Part shown: piece after piece, positions 1 through 10,891 of the stretch
How the letters are laid out: the number at the start of each line of letters is the position of its first letter
Numbering within the stretch: the stretch's first letter is position 1
Notes under the pieces: generated by a model
What the model was told of the DNA's origin: nothing
The model's input: only the letters and a program-made list of their open reading frames with translations
The model's database searches: none
Source of the DNA: Nocardioidaceae bacterium
Lineage (GTDB): Bacteria > Actinomycetota > Actinomycetes > Propionibacteriales > Nocardioidaceae
Assembly: GCA_018672315.1 (NCBI GenBank)
Contig: CP076053.1
Span: forward strand, 893,827 to 917,826
Reading direction: 5' to 3'
Length of the DNA: 24,000 bases
Position numbers and translations under genes: made by a program

Positions 1-354
1 GTTGCCCAGCACGATCACCGCGACGAGCGCCAGCAGCAGGCCCTTGCGGGGCATCCGCGCCGACGCGGCGGCCAGCACCGGCGCACCGACCACGACTCCC
101 AGGGCGTACGCCGAGACCAGGTGACCGGCAGCGGGGATGGAGACCCCGACATCGCCTGCGATGTCCGGCAGCAGACCGAGGGTGACGAACTCCGTCGTGC
201 CGATCGCGAAGCCACCCGTGGCGAGGGCGAGCGTGGCGGCCGCGACGCGGCGCGGGCCGACCCGGAGCCGGTCGCGCCCGCCCGGCGGAGGGGACGACGC
301 GGGTGTGGGTGGTGTCGGTGGGGGCGGCGTCGCTGGTGCTGCGGGGGTCGTCAC
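1..354 (-). CDS. MFS transporter (DHA1-like), N-terminal part; the gene runs off the window start
   Basis: Hand translation of the minus strand in the frame ending at base 1 gives VTTPAAPATPPPTPPTPASSPPPGGRDRLRVGPRRVAAATLALATGGFAIGTTEFVTLGLLPDIAGDVGVSIPAAGHLVSAYALGVVVGAPVLAAASARMPRKGLLLALVAVIVLGN. This matches the TM1-loop-TM2 region of drug/sugar-efflux type MFS permeases. The GTG at 354-352 overlaps the TGA of the sortase gene (GTGA). The frame is absent from the ORF track because it has no stop inside the window. The start is uncertain; the only other in-frame start is the ATG at 54-52. Confidence 0.7.
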   Translation of the reverse strand, partial: MTTPAAPATPPPPTPPTPASSPPPGGRDRLRVGPRRVAAATLALATGGFAIGTTEFVTLGLLPDIAGDVGVSIPAAGHLVSAYALGVVVGAPVLAAASARMPRKGLLLALVAVIVLGN

Positions 355-1220
355 CGCACCAGTCTGGCGAACACCAGCAGGTTGTCCTGATAGCCCCCCG
401 CCCCCGGCACGTACGCGCCGGTGCACGTGATCAGGCGCAGCTCGGCGCCGGGCACCGCGCCGTACACCTCACGGGTCGGGAAACCCTGCTTCGGCGTCCG
501 TGCGACGCGGGTGACCTCGAAGACGTGGGCCCGACCCAGCGCGTCGGTCACGCGGACGGTGTCGCCGGGGACCAGGAGCGGCAGCGAGGCGAAGACCGCT
601 GCACCGAACGGGGAGTCGAGATGTCCGGCGATCACCGCCGGGCCACGCTCCCCCGGTCGCGGTCCGCCCGCGAACCAGCCCGCCGTTCCCCACCGCGGAG
701 GAGCTTCCAGCTCGCCGTCACCCTGCAGCCCGAGGTCGTCGAGGTCGGACTCGATGCCGACGCGCGGGATCTCGACCCGGACGGGAGCGGCGACGGTGCC
801 GTAGTCGTCCTCCCCGACACCTGTCGGCAGCGAGATGGCCGAGCCCGGTCGGGTGCGTTCGGCCGACCGGTCGGGTGTCCCCGTCCGCGCCGTGCCCGGT
901 GCAGGGTCCGACTCGGGGCTCGCGGGCGCCACCGTGAGCGCGCCGGGATCGCCCCCGGGCGCCCCGACGCGCAACGCCCGGTCCCAGGTGCGTGCGGCGA
1001 GCGGCCCGGGCAGACCCGGGCCCGCCTCCCCGGGTGCCGGCCGGTCCACCACGGCGCCGGGGGCCGCCAGCGGCTCGACGAGGCCGGCGTACGCGGGCTC
1101 GGCGAGGCCGTCACGCGCACCTGGTGCGCCGCACGCGGACAGCACCCACCCGAGCGTCGCCACGGCGACCACCACGGACGTACGCGCCAGGTTGCCGTGC
1201 GCGCGCAGGGTGTCGCTCAA
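351..1220 (-). CDS. class F sortase family protein, probable lipoprotein
   Basis: 289-aa ORF. The C-terminal domain carries the sortase catalytic triad context VIAGHLD (His), LRLITCTG (Cys) and LLVFARLV (Arg), which resembles class F sortases. The N-terminus has a signal peptide with lipobox LSAC, followed by a long Pro/Ala/Gly-rich linker. The start is TTG at 1220-1218, overlapping the TGA of the upstream DUF4397 gene (TTGA). Confidence 0.85.
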   Translation of the reverse strand: MSDTLRAHGNLARTSVVVAVATLGWVLSACGAPGARDGLAEPAYAGLVEPLAAPGAVVDRPAPGEAGPGLPGPLAARTWDRALRVGAPGGDPGALTVAPASPESDPAPGTARTGTPDRSAERTRPGSAISLPTGVGEDDYGTVAAPVRVEIPRVGIESDLDDLGLQGDGELEAPPRWGTAGWFAGGPRPGERGPAVIAGHLDSPFGAAVFASLPLLVPGDTVRVTDALGRAHVFEVTRVARTPKQGFPTREVYGAVPGAELRLITCTGAYVPGAGGYQDNLLVFARLVR

Positions 1221-2110
1221 CGGCGGTCGGCGCGCTCCCTGCGCAGCGCGAGGGTGCCGGCGGTGCTGGCGAGCACCACCAGGGCCGCGATCGCGCCGAG
1301 ACCGCTCAGCGGGACGCCCTGGGCGGAGTCGGCCGGGGCGAGGGCGCCGCCGCCGGTGTCGACACCGGTGCCCTGGGCGGGCATGGTCTGCGATCCCGTG
1401 GCGTCGGCGATCGCCTTCAGCTGGAGGCCACCGGCCTCGTCGGGGAGCACCAGCACGGTGTAGACGCCGCCGCCCTGCACGGTGACGGTGCGGCTGAGGT
1501 TCGCGGCCTGCACGCCGGAGACCTCCAGCTTCGCGGTCCAGTCACGGGCCTCGACGTCGTAGTACGGGCTCGCGTCGCCGACCTGGATGTCGTCGCCGAG
1601 GTCGGGACCGCCGACGAGCTGCGCGTTGATCGACTGACCGTCGTGAGCGGCCGAGATCAGCCGGACCTTCGCCTCGCCGCGGGGCGGCGCCGAGAGGTCG
1701 TCGGTGAAGACGCGACCACGGATCTCGTCCTTGTCGCCGACCGCGAAGACGCTGGTGGCGGTGCCGGCTCCGAGGTCGACGGTCGCGGAGATCATCGGGG
1801 TCGAGTTGGCGCGTGCACCGGCGGGACGCACCGAGACCGTGTACTGGCCGGGGTCGACCGGGGCGTAGTCGGTGACGTCGCGGTAGGCGATGCCGCGCAG
1901 GACCATCGGGTCCCCGCCGCTGAAGGGGACCATCCACACGTCGGCCTCGCCGACGCCGACCGAGAGGTGGCCGGCACGGACGAGGGCCTCGTCGTCCCCG
2001 GGTGCTGCGAGCGCGGGCACGGCGGTCGCGACCAGCGCCGCGGCGGCGAGGGCGACGGCACGGGGCGCCAGGCGACGCAGCAGGCCGGGACGGCGGTGGG
2101 GGTCGGTCAT
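1217..2110 (-). CDS. DUF4397 domain-containing secreted protein with a C-terminal TM helix and Arg-rich tail
   Basis: The 527-aa track ORF was trimmed to the ATG at 2110, which is preceded by GAAGGAG 8 nt upstream. The product is MTDPHRRPGLLRRLAPRAVALAAAALVATAVPALAAPG... (signal peptide). It continues with two beta-rich repeats of the pattern typical of DUF4397 (VRAGHLSVGVGEADVW..., VRLISAAHDGQSINAQL...). It ends ...MPAQGTGVDTGGGALAPADSAQGVPLSGLGAIAALVVLASTAGTLALRRERADRR. Confidence 0.8.
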   Translation of the reverse strand: MTDPHRRPGLLRRLAPRAVALAAAALVATAVPALAAPGDDEALVRAGHLSVGVGEADVWMVPFSGGDPMVLRGIAYRDVTDYAPVDPGQYTVSVRPAGARANSTPMISATVDLGAGTATSVFAVGDKDEIRGRVFTDDLSAPPRGEAKVRLISAAHDGQSINAQLVGGPDLGDDIQVGDASPYYDVEARDWTAKLEVSGVQAANLSRTVTVQGGGVYTVLVLPDEAGGLQLKAIADATGSQTMPAQGTGVDTGGGALAPADSAQGVPLSGLGAIAALVVLASTAGTLALRRERADRR

Positions 2111-2183
2111 CGGTGGTGCTCCTTCGGTGGGGCTGCGGGCGGGACGCCGTGCGGGTCGGTCCCGGTGGTGGTTCTTCGTCGCG

Positions 2184-2876
2184 TCAGGGCAGGGGGACGG
2201 GTGGCAGGTCGTCGAGGTCGGCGATGTCGGCAGGTTCGTACGCGATCCGGATGACGCCGTCGGCGCGGCTGACGTCCTGGGGGCGGTAGACACCGAACTG
2301 GTCGGCCGCCACGCGAGCGAGGTCGCGACCGGCGGCCGCGTCGACCGGCTGGCCATCGACGCCGTCGATGTCCACGACGTACGCGGTGCGTTCCCCGTCC
2401 TCGCTGTCGGGGGCGGAGAAGTCGGCGACATCGATGTCGTAGTCGGCTGCGAGCAGGGCGAGCAGGGTGAGCACCCGAGGGTCGACCCGTCCCTCCTCGA
2501 GGTCGGTGCGCTCGGTGGCCCCGAGCTCGAGCCGCTGGTTGGCGGCCAGCGACTCACCGGGCCCGACGGCGGACGGCTCACTGGCCAGCTCCACCTCCGA
2601 GCCGTCCGAGCCGTCGGAGCCCGCAGGCGGCCCGGCTTCCGTGTCCGAGGTCCGGTCGGCCTGCCGGCCGGCCTCGGACCCGCCCTCGGACCCGCCCTCG
2701 GACCCGCCGAGGAGCAGGAAGGCCACGACGACGCCCGCGACGACCAGGGCGCCGAGGATCGACAGGAGCACCACGGGGCTCGGCCCGCGACGGGCGGCAC
2801 GGTGGGACCCGCCGGGCCGTCGCGCAGGAGCCTCGACGGAGTCCGCCGAGGGCGACGTCGACTGGTCCACGCTCAT
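2184..2876 (-). CDS. hypothetical single-pass membrane protein with an acidic extracytoplasmic region
   Basis: Trimmed to the ATG at 2876, preceded by GGGAGG. The product is MSVDQSTSPSADSVEAPARRPGGSHRAARRGPSPVVLLSILGALVVAGVVVAFLLLGGSEGGSEGGSE..., i.e. a basic N-terminus, one TM helix, a GGSE x3 repeat and an Asp/Glu-rich C-terminal domain. GC3 is high throughout. I do not recognise the family. Confidence 0.6.
   Translation of the reverse strand: MSVDQSTSPSADSVEAPARRPGGSHRAARRGPSPVVLLSILGALVVAGVVVAFLLLGGSEGGSEGGSEAGRQADRTSDTEAGPPAGSDGSDGSEVELASEPSAVGPGESLAANQRLELGATERTDLEEGRVDPRVLTLLALLAADYDIDVADFSAPDSEDGERTAYVVDIDGVDGQPVDAAAGRDLARVAADQFGVYRPQDVSRADGVIRIAYEPADIADLDDLPPVPLP
2672..2707. repeat. 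in-frame 12-bp tandem repeat x3 (cctcggacccgc), encoding GGSE x3 in the 2184..2876 gene
   Basis: Read directly from the sequence: three perfect consecutive copies at 2672-2683, 2684-2695 and 2696-2707. Confidence 0.9.
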
Positions 2877-3030
2877 GCGGCCTCCCTTCCCCGACACAGG
2901 TCTCGCTCGCGGGCAGCCTCGCGGTGCCCGGCCGCACCATTCTGGCGCTCTTCTTCCCCGCTGCACGCCGCGTACAGCAAGCCGGGACCAGATCGTGCCC
3001 GATCTCTCGCGGACGCTCCTCACAAGGACG

Positions 3031-3077
3031 ACAAAAGCACCGGCCCCACGTCCACCATGTGGACGTGGGGCCGGTGC
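3031..3077 (-). terminator. intrinsic terminator downstream of icd
   Basis: Perfect 19-bp inverted repeat gcaccggccccacgtccac (3037-3055) / gtggacgtggggccggtgc (3059-3077) around a 3-nt centre. On the minus strand it is followed by TTTTGT (3036-3031). It starts 30 nt after the icd stop at 3107. Confidence 0.65.
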
Positions 3078-3106
3078 TGGCCGTCCGGCGCGGCCGGACG
3101 CCTGCC

Positions 3107-6494
<3,388 letters not shown>

Positions 6495-6506
6495 TCCCGC
6501 GCCCCT

Positions 6507-6545
6507 GAGAGGTCACTTCTCGCGGTCCGCGAGAAGTGACCTCTC
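6507..6545. terminator. bidirectional stem-loop between convergent mdh and the DUF1501 gene
   Basis: Perfect 19-bp inverted repeat gagaggtcacttctcgcgg (6507-6525) / ccgcgagaagtgacctctc (6527-6545). It starts 13 nt after the mdh stop codon and ends 7 nt before the DUF1501 stop codon. No U-tract on either side (the I-shaped type common in GC-rich actinobacteria). Confidence 0.55.
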
Positions 6546-6551
6546 GGCGCG

Positions 6552-7847
6552 TCAGGCCATGAGGCCGAGGGGGGCGTACGAGAGCCCGGGGAAGACCCGC
6601 GCCACCGAGCGGTCCGGGAAGCGCCGGGTGAGCACCTCCCCGAGCACCTGCCGGTAGTCCGTGGTGACCTGCAGGTCCCCGTCGATCAGGGACCCCTGTC
6701 CCAGGCCGGGCCACTCGCCGAGGTAGCGCCCGCCGCGCACGCCACCACCCATCACGAGCATCGCGTTGCCCCAACCGTGGTCGAGACCGCGGGAGCCGTT
6801 CTCGGCCACCCGTCGCCCGAACTCGCTGATGGTCACGAGCGTGACGCGGTCCGCTGTCGGGCCGAGGTCACGGAAGAAGGCGTCGACGGCCAGCGCCATC
6901 CCACCGAGCTTGTCCTGCATGGGACCCCACTCGGTGGTGCCGTAGTTGGCGTGGTGGTCGAAGGAGCCGTAGTCCAGCGAGACCACCTCGACGCCGATGT
7001 CGGCCTTCACGAGCTTCGCGGTGTCGCGCAGCGCGTCGCCGAGCGGTTTGCCGGGCCAGCTGGTCGGATACGCCGCGGCCGGCGCGTACGCCGCGTCCCC
7101 GACCGCCGCCAGCCGCGTGCTGGCGCGGACCGCCGTGCGGGCTGCGCGCCCCAGCGGGCCCTTGTCGCGAGCCCAGGCGCGCGCGAGGCTGCGCCGTCGC
7201 TGCGTGGGCATCGAGGAGTCCTCGTCCAGCCCGGAGATCTCGAAGCCGTCCAGGTTGCTGCACGCCACGGTCGGGACCGGACCGCTCATCATCGTCGGCA
7301 CGATCGAGGCGTTGAGGTGCATCGCCTGCCACGGCTGCACGGTCGGGTCGAGTCCGACCATGCGGTTCACCCACCCGCGGCGCTCCCGGGAGGTGGGGTC
7401 CGCGTCCTCGACCGCCTCCATCGCCGCGAAGTGCGACCGGTTGGGCATCTCCAGACCGACGGCGTGCACCGCGGCCAGACGGCCGGTGTCCCACATCGGC
7501 TGCAGCGGCGCGAGCGAGGGGTGCAGGCCGAACATCGCGTCCTTCGCCAGGAGGCTGCGGGTCGGCACGGCGATCGTCGGCCTCGCCGCGGCGTACGCGG
7601 GGTCGCCGTGCGGCACGACCATGCCGAGGCCGTCGATGCCGCCGCGGAGGCTGAGCACGATCAGCACGTTGCCGCCGCTGGAGGCGCCGTACGCCGTCTG
7701 ACGCACGGTGTCGCCGAAGACCGCGGTGGTGGCGATGCCCGTCGCCGCCGCTGCCTGCAGGAAGCGTCGCCGCGAGAGGCCCTCGACGGCAGCCAGCTCG
7801 TCGCAGCAGTCGTCGCCGGGCCCGAGCGGAGGAGTGGAGGAGGTCAT
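6552..7847 (-). CDS. DUF1501 domain-containing protein (sulfatase/alkaline-phosphatase-like fold), Tat-exported
   Basis: Trimmed to the ATG at 7847, which overlaps the TGA of the upstream gene (ATGA). Twin-arginine signal LSRRRFLQAAAATGIATTAV. Family-typical blocks are present: VLSLRGGIDGL, HAVGLEMPNRSHF, VSLDYGSFDHH, ISEFGRRVAENGSRGLDHGWGN. Confidence 0.88.
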   Translation of the reverse strand: MTSSTPPLGPGDDCCDELAAVEGLSRRRFLQAAAATGIATTAVFGDTVRQTAYGASSGGNVLIVLSLRGGIDGLGMVVPHGDPAYAAARPTIAVPTRSLLAKDAMFGLHPSLAPLQPMWDTGRLAAVHAVGLEMPNRSHFAAMEAVEDADPTSRERRGWVNRMVGLDPTVQPWQAMHLNASIVPTMMSGPVPTVACSNLDGFEISGLDEDSSMPTQRRRSLARAWARDKGPLGRAARTAVRASTRLAAVGDAAYAPAAAYPTSWPGKPLGDALRDTAKLVKADIGVEVVSLDYGSFDHHANYGTTEWGPMQDKLGGMALAVDAFFRDLGPTADRVTLVTISEFGRRVAENGSRGLDHGWGNAMLVMGGGVRGGRYLGEWPGLGQGSLIDGDLQVTTDYRQVLGEVLTRRFPDRSVARVFPGLSYAPLGLMA

Positions 7848-9310
7848 CGCGTCATGTGCTCCGGTGAGTCGAGGAGGGCGCCGACGAGCTTCACCCAGAT
7901 CCACCCCTGGCTGAGCACCTGGTGACCGGGGGTGATCATCTCGCGGGGCGGGGTGTCGGTGGCCTGGCAGGCCATTGCGAGGAGCCGGCGGGTGGAGCGT
8001 CGTCCGAGGAGGGTGCGGCACAGGTGGTCCACCAGCTGGTCGAAGCGCAGCGGCAGGCCGGGCAGGAACTCCTCGGGCGTGCGGTAGGCGACCCCCTCAC
8101 GGGGCCACCACCCCGCCGTCATCGCCCAGTGGAAGCCGAAGCTGTTGACCATGCGCGTCGGGGAGCACCACGGGTCGTTGCGCTCCGGCGGCCCGTCGGG
8201 GCGCGGCCACTGGTAGGCGGCGACGCTGCCGTGGGTCCAGGCCATCGTGATCGCGAAGCTCTCCTCGCCCCCGGGGGCGCTCAGCCGCGGCTCCAGCACC
8301 CGCAACGTCGCGACGAGGTCCTCGTGCGGCGTCCGCACCTTCGCGCCGACCGAGCGCCGGAACTCCGCGGAGGCGACCAGCCGCCGCAGGACGGGGGCGA
8401 TCCGGGTGTCCTCGGCGAGGTAGGTCGCAGCGAGGTCCCGGACGAGCTCGGGGTGGGGGTCGTCGTCGACGAAGCGGAGCACGAGCTTGGTGGCGATGGT
8501 CCGGGCCGTCGCCGGGTGGCGGGCCAGGTGGCGCAGGTAGGCGTCGCAGACCGCGCGACCGTCGGCGTCGGCGTTGGGGTGGGTGAAGCCGAGCACGCTC
8601 ACCGGTACGGTGGTGTGCTTCGAGGGCGTGTAGCGCCCCTCCCAGCCGCCGTCGTGGGCGACGTCCCACCCCGAGAGGATGACGGCGGAGTCCTTGACCA
8701 TCTGCTCGGAGTAGCCGGCGACCAGCCCGACGGTGTGCAGCTCCAGGAGCTCGCGGCCCTGGTTCTCGTTGACCGCGCCCCGCGCCGAGCGCCAGTTGTC
8801 CAGGAACAGCGTCATGGCCGGGTGGGTCGAGGCCGCGACGAGCAGGTCCTCGAAGCGGCCGAGGGCGTGCGTACGCAGCACCGACTGGTAGTCGTAGCGG
8901 TGCATCCAGGCCAGGTCGGCAGCCGCTCCCACGTGCAGGTGGTTGGCCCAGAAGTCGGTCATCGTCTCGGCGACGACGCGCCGCGTGTACGTCCTGCGCA
9001 GCAGCTGCAGGTTGCCGAAGTCCCGCGCGAACTCCCAGGCGGCCTTGCGCCGGCTGTCGTTGCTGTCCCGTTTCGCCGCCGCGCTCCAGGCCTGGTCGGC
9101 GAACCAGGACTCGACCTCGGCGACCCGCGGGGACTCGGGCACGCTCTCGGGCTGCAGCTGCCGCTCGAGCCACGCGGCGGGGCTGCCCGCTGCACGGAGG
9201 TCGGCGTACGCCTGGGCGCCCAGGCCGGTGCCGAGCCGGGTCAGGTAGTGACGCCCCAGCCGGCTCGGGACGTACGTCGCCCGGCGAGGGCGAGGACGGT
9301 AGCGGGGCAC
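7844..9310 (-). CDS. DUF1800 domain-containing protein
   Basis: 488-aa ORF with a GTG start at 9310. Blocks typical of DUF1800: TDFWANHLHV, RFEDLLVAASTHPAMTLFLDN, NENQGRELLELHTVG. It always occurs paired with a DUF1501 gene, as it does here. Confidence 0.85.
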   Translation of the reverse strand: MPRYRPRPRRATYVPSRLGRHYLTRLGTGLGAQAYADLRAAGSPAAWLERQLQPESVPESPRVAEVESWFADQAWSAAAKRDSNDSRRKAAWEFARDFGNLQLLRRTYTRRVVAETMTDFWANHLHVGAAADLAWMHRYDYQSVLRTHALGRFEDLLVAASTHPAMTLFLDNWRSARGAVNENQGRELLELHTVGLVAGYSEQMVKDSAVILSGWDVAHDGGWEGRYTPSKHTTVPVSVLGFTHPNADADGRAVCDAYLRHLARHPATARTIATKLVLRFVDDDPHPELVRDLAATYLAEDTRIAPVLRRLVASAEFRRSVGAKVRTPHEDLVATLRVLEPRLSAPGGEESFAITMAWTHGSVAAYQWPRPDGPPERNDPWCSPTRMVNSFGFHWAMTAGWWPREGVAYRTPEEFLPGLPLRFDQLVDHLCRTLLGRRSTRRLLAMACQATDTPPREMITPGHQVLSQGWIWVKLVGALLDSPEHMTR

Positions 9311-9394
9311 GCCCGCAGTGTGGGCGGCGCGAACGGGCCGGAGGGCCCGAATCGGTGAAACTTCACCCTCGCGCCCGCCTCACGACGCGTACGG

Positions 9395-10891
9395 TCAGGC
9401 GGTCTCGACCAACGACTCCTCGCGGACCCCGCGCTCGTGGTTGTCGGTCAGACGGATCTCCTCCCGCGCCTGGGCCTCCAGGCGCGCGCGCTGCTCGGCG
9501 TACTCGCCCGGCTCGCTGACGAGGTCGGTGGTGCCGCGCTCGAGCATGCCGAGCGCCTGCCTGGCGAAGATCTGCTGCTCGGTGGCGGTGCGCTCCGACC
9601 TGTCGTTGAGCACGAAGGTGATCGCCCAGTGGCCCAGTGCGGAGAGCTGGTTCTTGAAGCCCGTCAGGTAGATCAGGTGCACCGCGAGCCACATCAACCA
9701 GGCGATGAAGCCGGTGATCCTGATCTTGCCGACCAGGGCGATGGCACTGAACCGCGAGATCGTGGCCATGGAGCCCTTGTCGAAGTAGGAGAAAGGCTTC
9801 TGCGGGCTCTTGTCCTTCAGGCGGCGGTCGATCTCCTTCGCGCTGTACTTCGCGCCCTGGATCGCCACCTGGGCCACGCCCGGCAGGTTGTCGAGGTCGA
9901 TCATGTCGCCGACGCAGAAGATCTCCGGGTGACCGGGCAGGGTCAGGTCCGGGTTGACGCCGATGCGGCCGGCGCGGTCGAGCGTCGCACCCGTCTTGTC
10001 GGCCAGCACCTTCGTGATCGGAGCAGCCTGCACGCCCGCGGCCCACACCTTGGTGACCGACTCGATGCGGCGCTTGGTGCCGTCCTTGTCCTGCACGACC
10101 AGGCCCTGCTCGTCGACGTCGACGACCATCGCCCCGAGCTGCACCTCGACTCCGAGGTTCTCCAACGACTTCTGCGACCAGGCGCCGAGCTTCTCACCGA
10201 AGGGAGGCAGCACCTGGTCGGCCGCATCGACGAGGATGACCCGGGCGTGACGGGTGTTGATGTGCCGGAAGTCCTTCGGCAGCGTCTTGTGCGCCAGCTC
10301 CGCGATCTGGCCCGCCATCTCCACGCCGGTCGGGCCGGCGCCGACGATCGTGAAGGTCAGCAGTCGCTGGATCTCCTCCTCGTCGTCGGAGAGCTCGGCG
10401 AGCTCGAAGGCGCCGAAGATGCGACCCCGCAGCTCCAGGGCGTCGTCGACGGACTTCATGCCGGGCGCGAACTGCGCGAACTCGTCGTTGCCGAAGTAGG
10501 ACTGGCCGGCACCGGCCGCGACGATCAGGGAGTCGTACGGCGTCACCGTCTCGCGGCCCAGCACCTGGTGGGTGACGGTGCGCTCCTCGACGTCGATGTC
10601 GACGACGTTGCCGAGGAGGACCCGGGCGTTCTTCTGCTTGGCCAGGATCTCCCGGGTCGGGGGCGCGATCTCGCCCTCGCTCAGGATGCCGGTCGCGACC
10701 TGGTAGAGGAGCGGCTGGAAGAGGTGGTGGCTGGTCTTGGCGATCATCGTCACCTCGACGTCGGACCGCTTGAGCGCCTTCGTGCCGAAGAGCCCACCGA
10801 ACCCCGAGCCGATCACCACCACGCGGTGCTTGTCGTGCTCGCGGGCGGTCGCCACGGTGCTGTGCTGCTGCTCGGGCTGCTGCTCGGCCAT
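9395..10891 (-). CDS. ndh: type II NADH:quinone oxidoreductase (NDH-2)
   Basis: Trimmed to the ATG at 10891, preceded by GAGGAG. It has two Rossmann motifs (VVVIGSGFGGLFG and FTIVGAGPTGVEMAG), HLFQPLLYQVATG, and the C-terminal membrane-associated helices (FIAWLMWLAVHLIYL) seen in actinobacterial Ndh. Confidence 0.9.
   Translation of the reverse strand: MAEQQPEQQHSTVATAREHDKHRVVVIGSGFGGLFGTKALKRSDVEVTMIAKTSHHLFQPLLYQVATGILSEGEIAPPTREILAKQKNARVLLGNVVDIDVEERTVTHQVLGRETVTPYDSLIVAAGAGQSYFGNDEFAQFAPGMKSVDDALELRGRIFGAFELAELSDDEEEIQRLLTFTIVGAGPTGVEMAGQIAELAHKTLPKDFRHINTRHARVILVDAADQVLPPFGEKLGAWSQKSLENLGVEVQLGAMVVDVDEQGLVVQDKDGTKRRIESVTKVWAAGVQAAPITKVLADKTGATLDRAGRIGVNPDLTLPGHPEIFCVGDMIDLDNLPGVAQVAIQGAKYSAKEIDRRLKDKSPQKPFSYFDKGSMATISRFSAIALVGKIRITGFIAWLMWLAVHLIYLTGFKNQLSALGHWAITFVLNDRSERTATEQQIFARQALGMLERGTTDLVSEPGEYAEQRARLEAQAREEIRLTDNHERGVREESLVETA

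Noticed and set aside
2111-2800. N-terminal 230-aa extension of the DUF4397 ORF in the track (1217..2800)
   Set aside because: The extension overlaps the separately coding 2184..2876 gene in another frame and translates to Ser/Pro/Thr/Arg junk. The ATG at 2110 has a GAAGGAG RBS and is followed immediately by a proper signal peptide. Similar over-long starts were trimmed for icd, mdh, DUF1501, ndh, mtr, M14, PP2C, Fpg and crcB-2.
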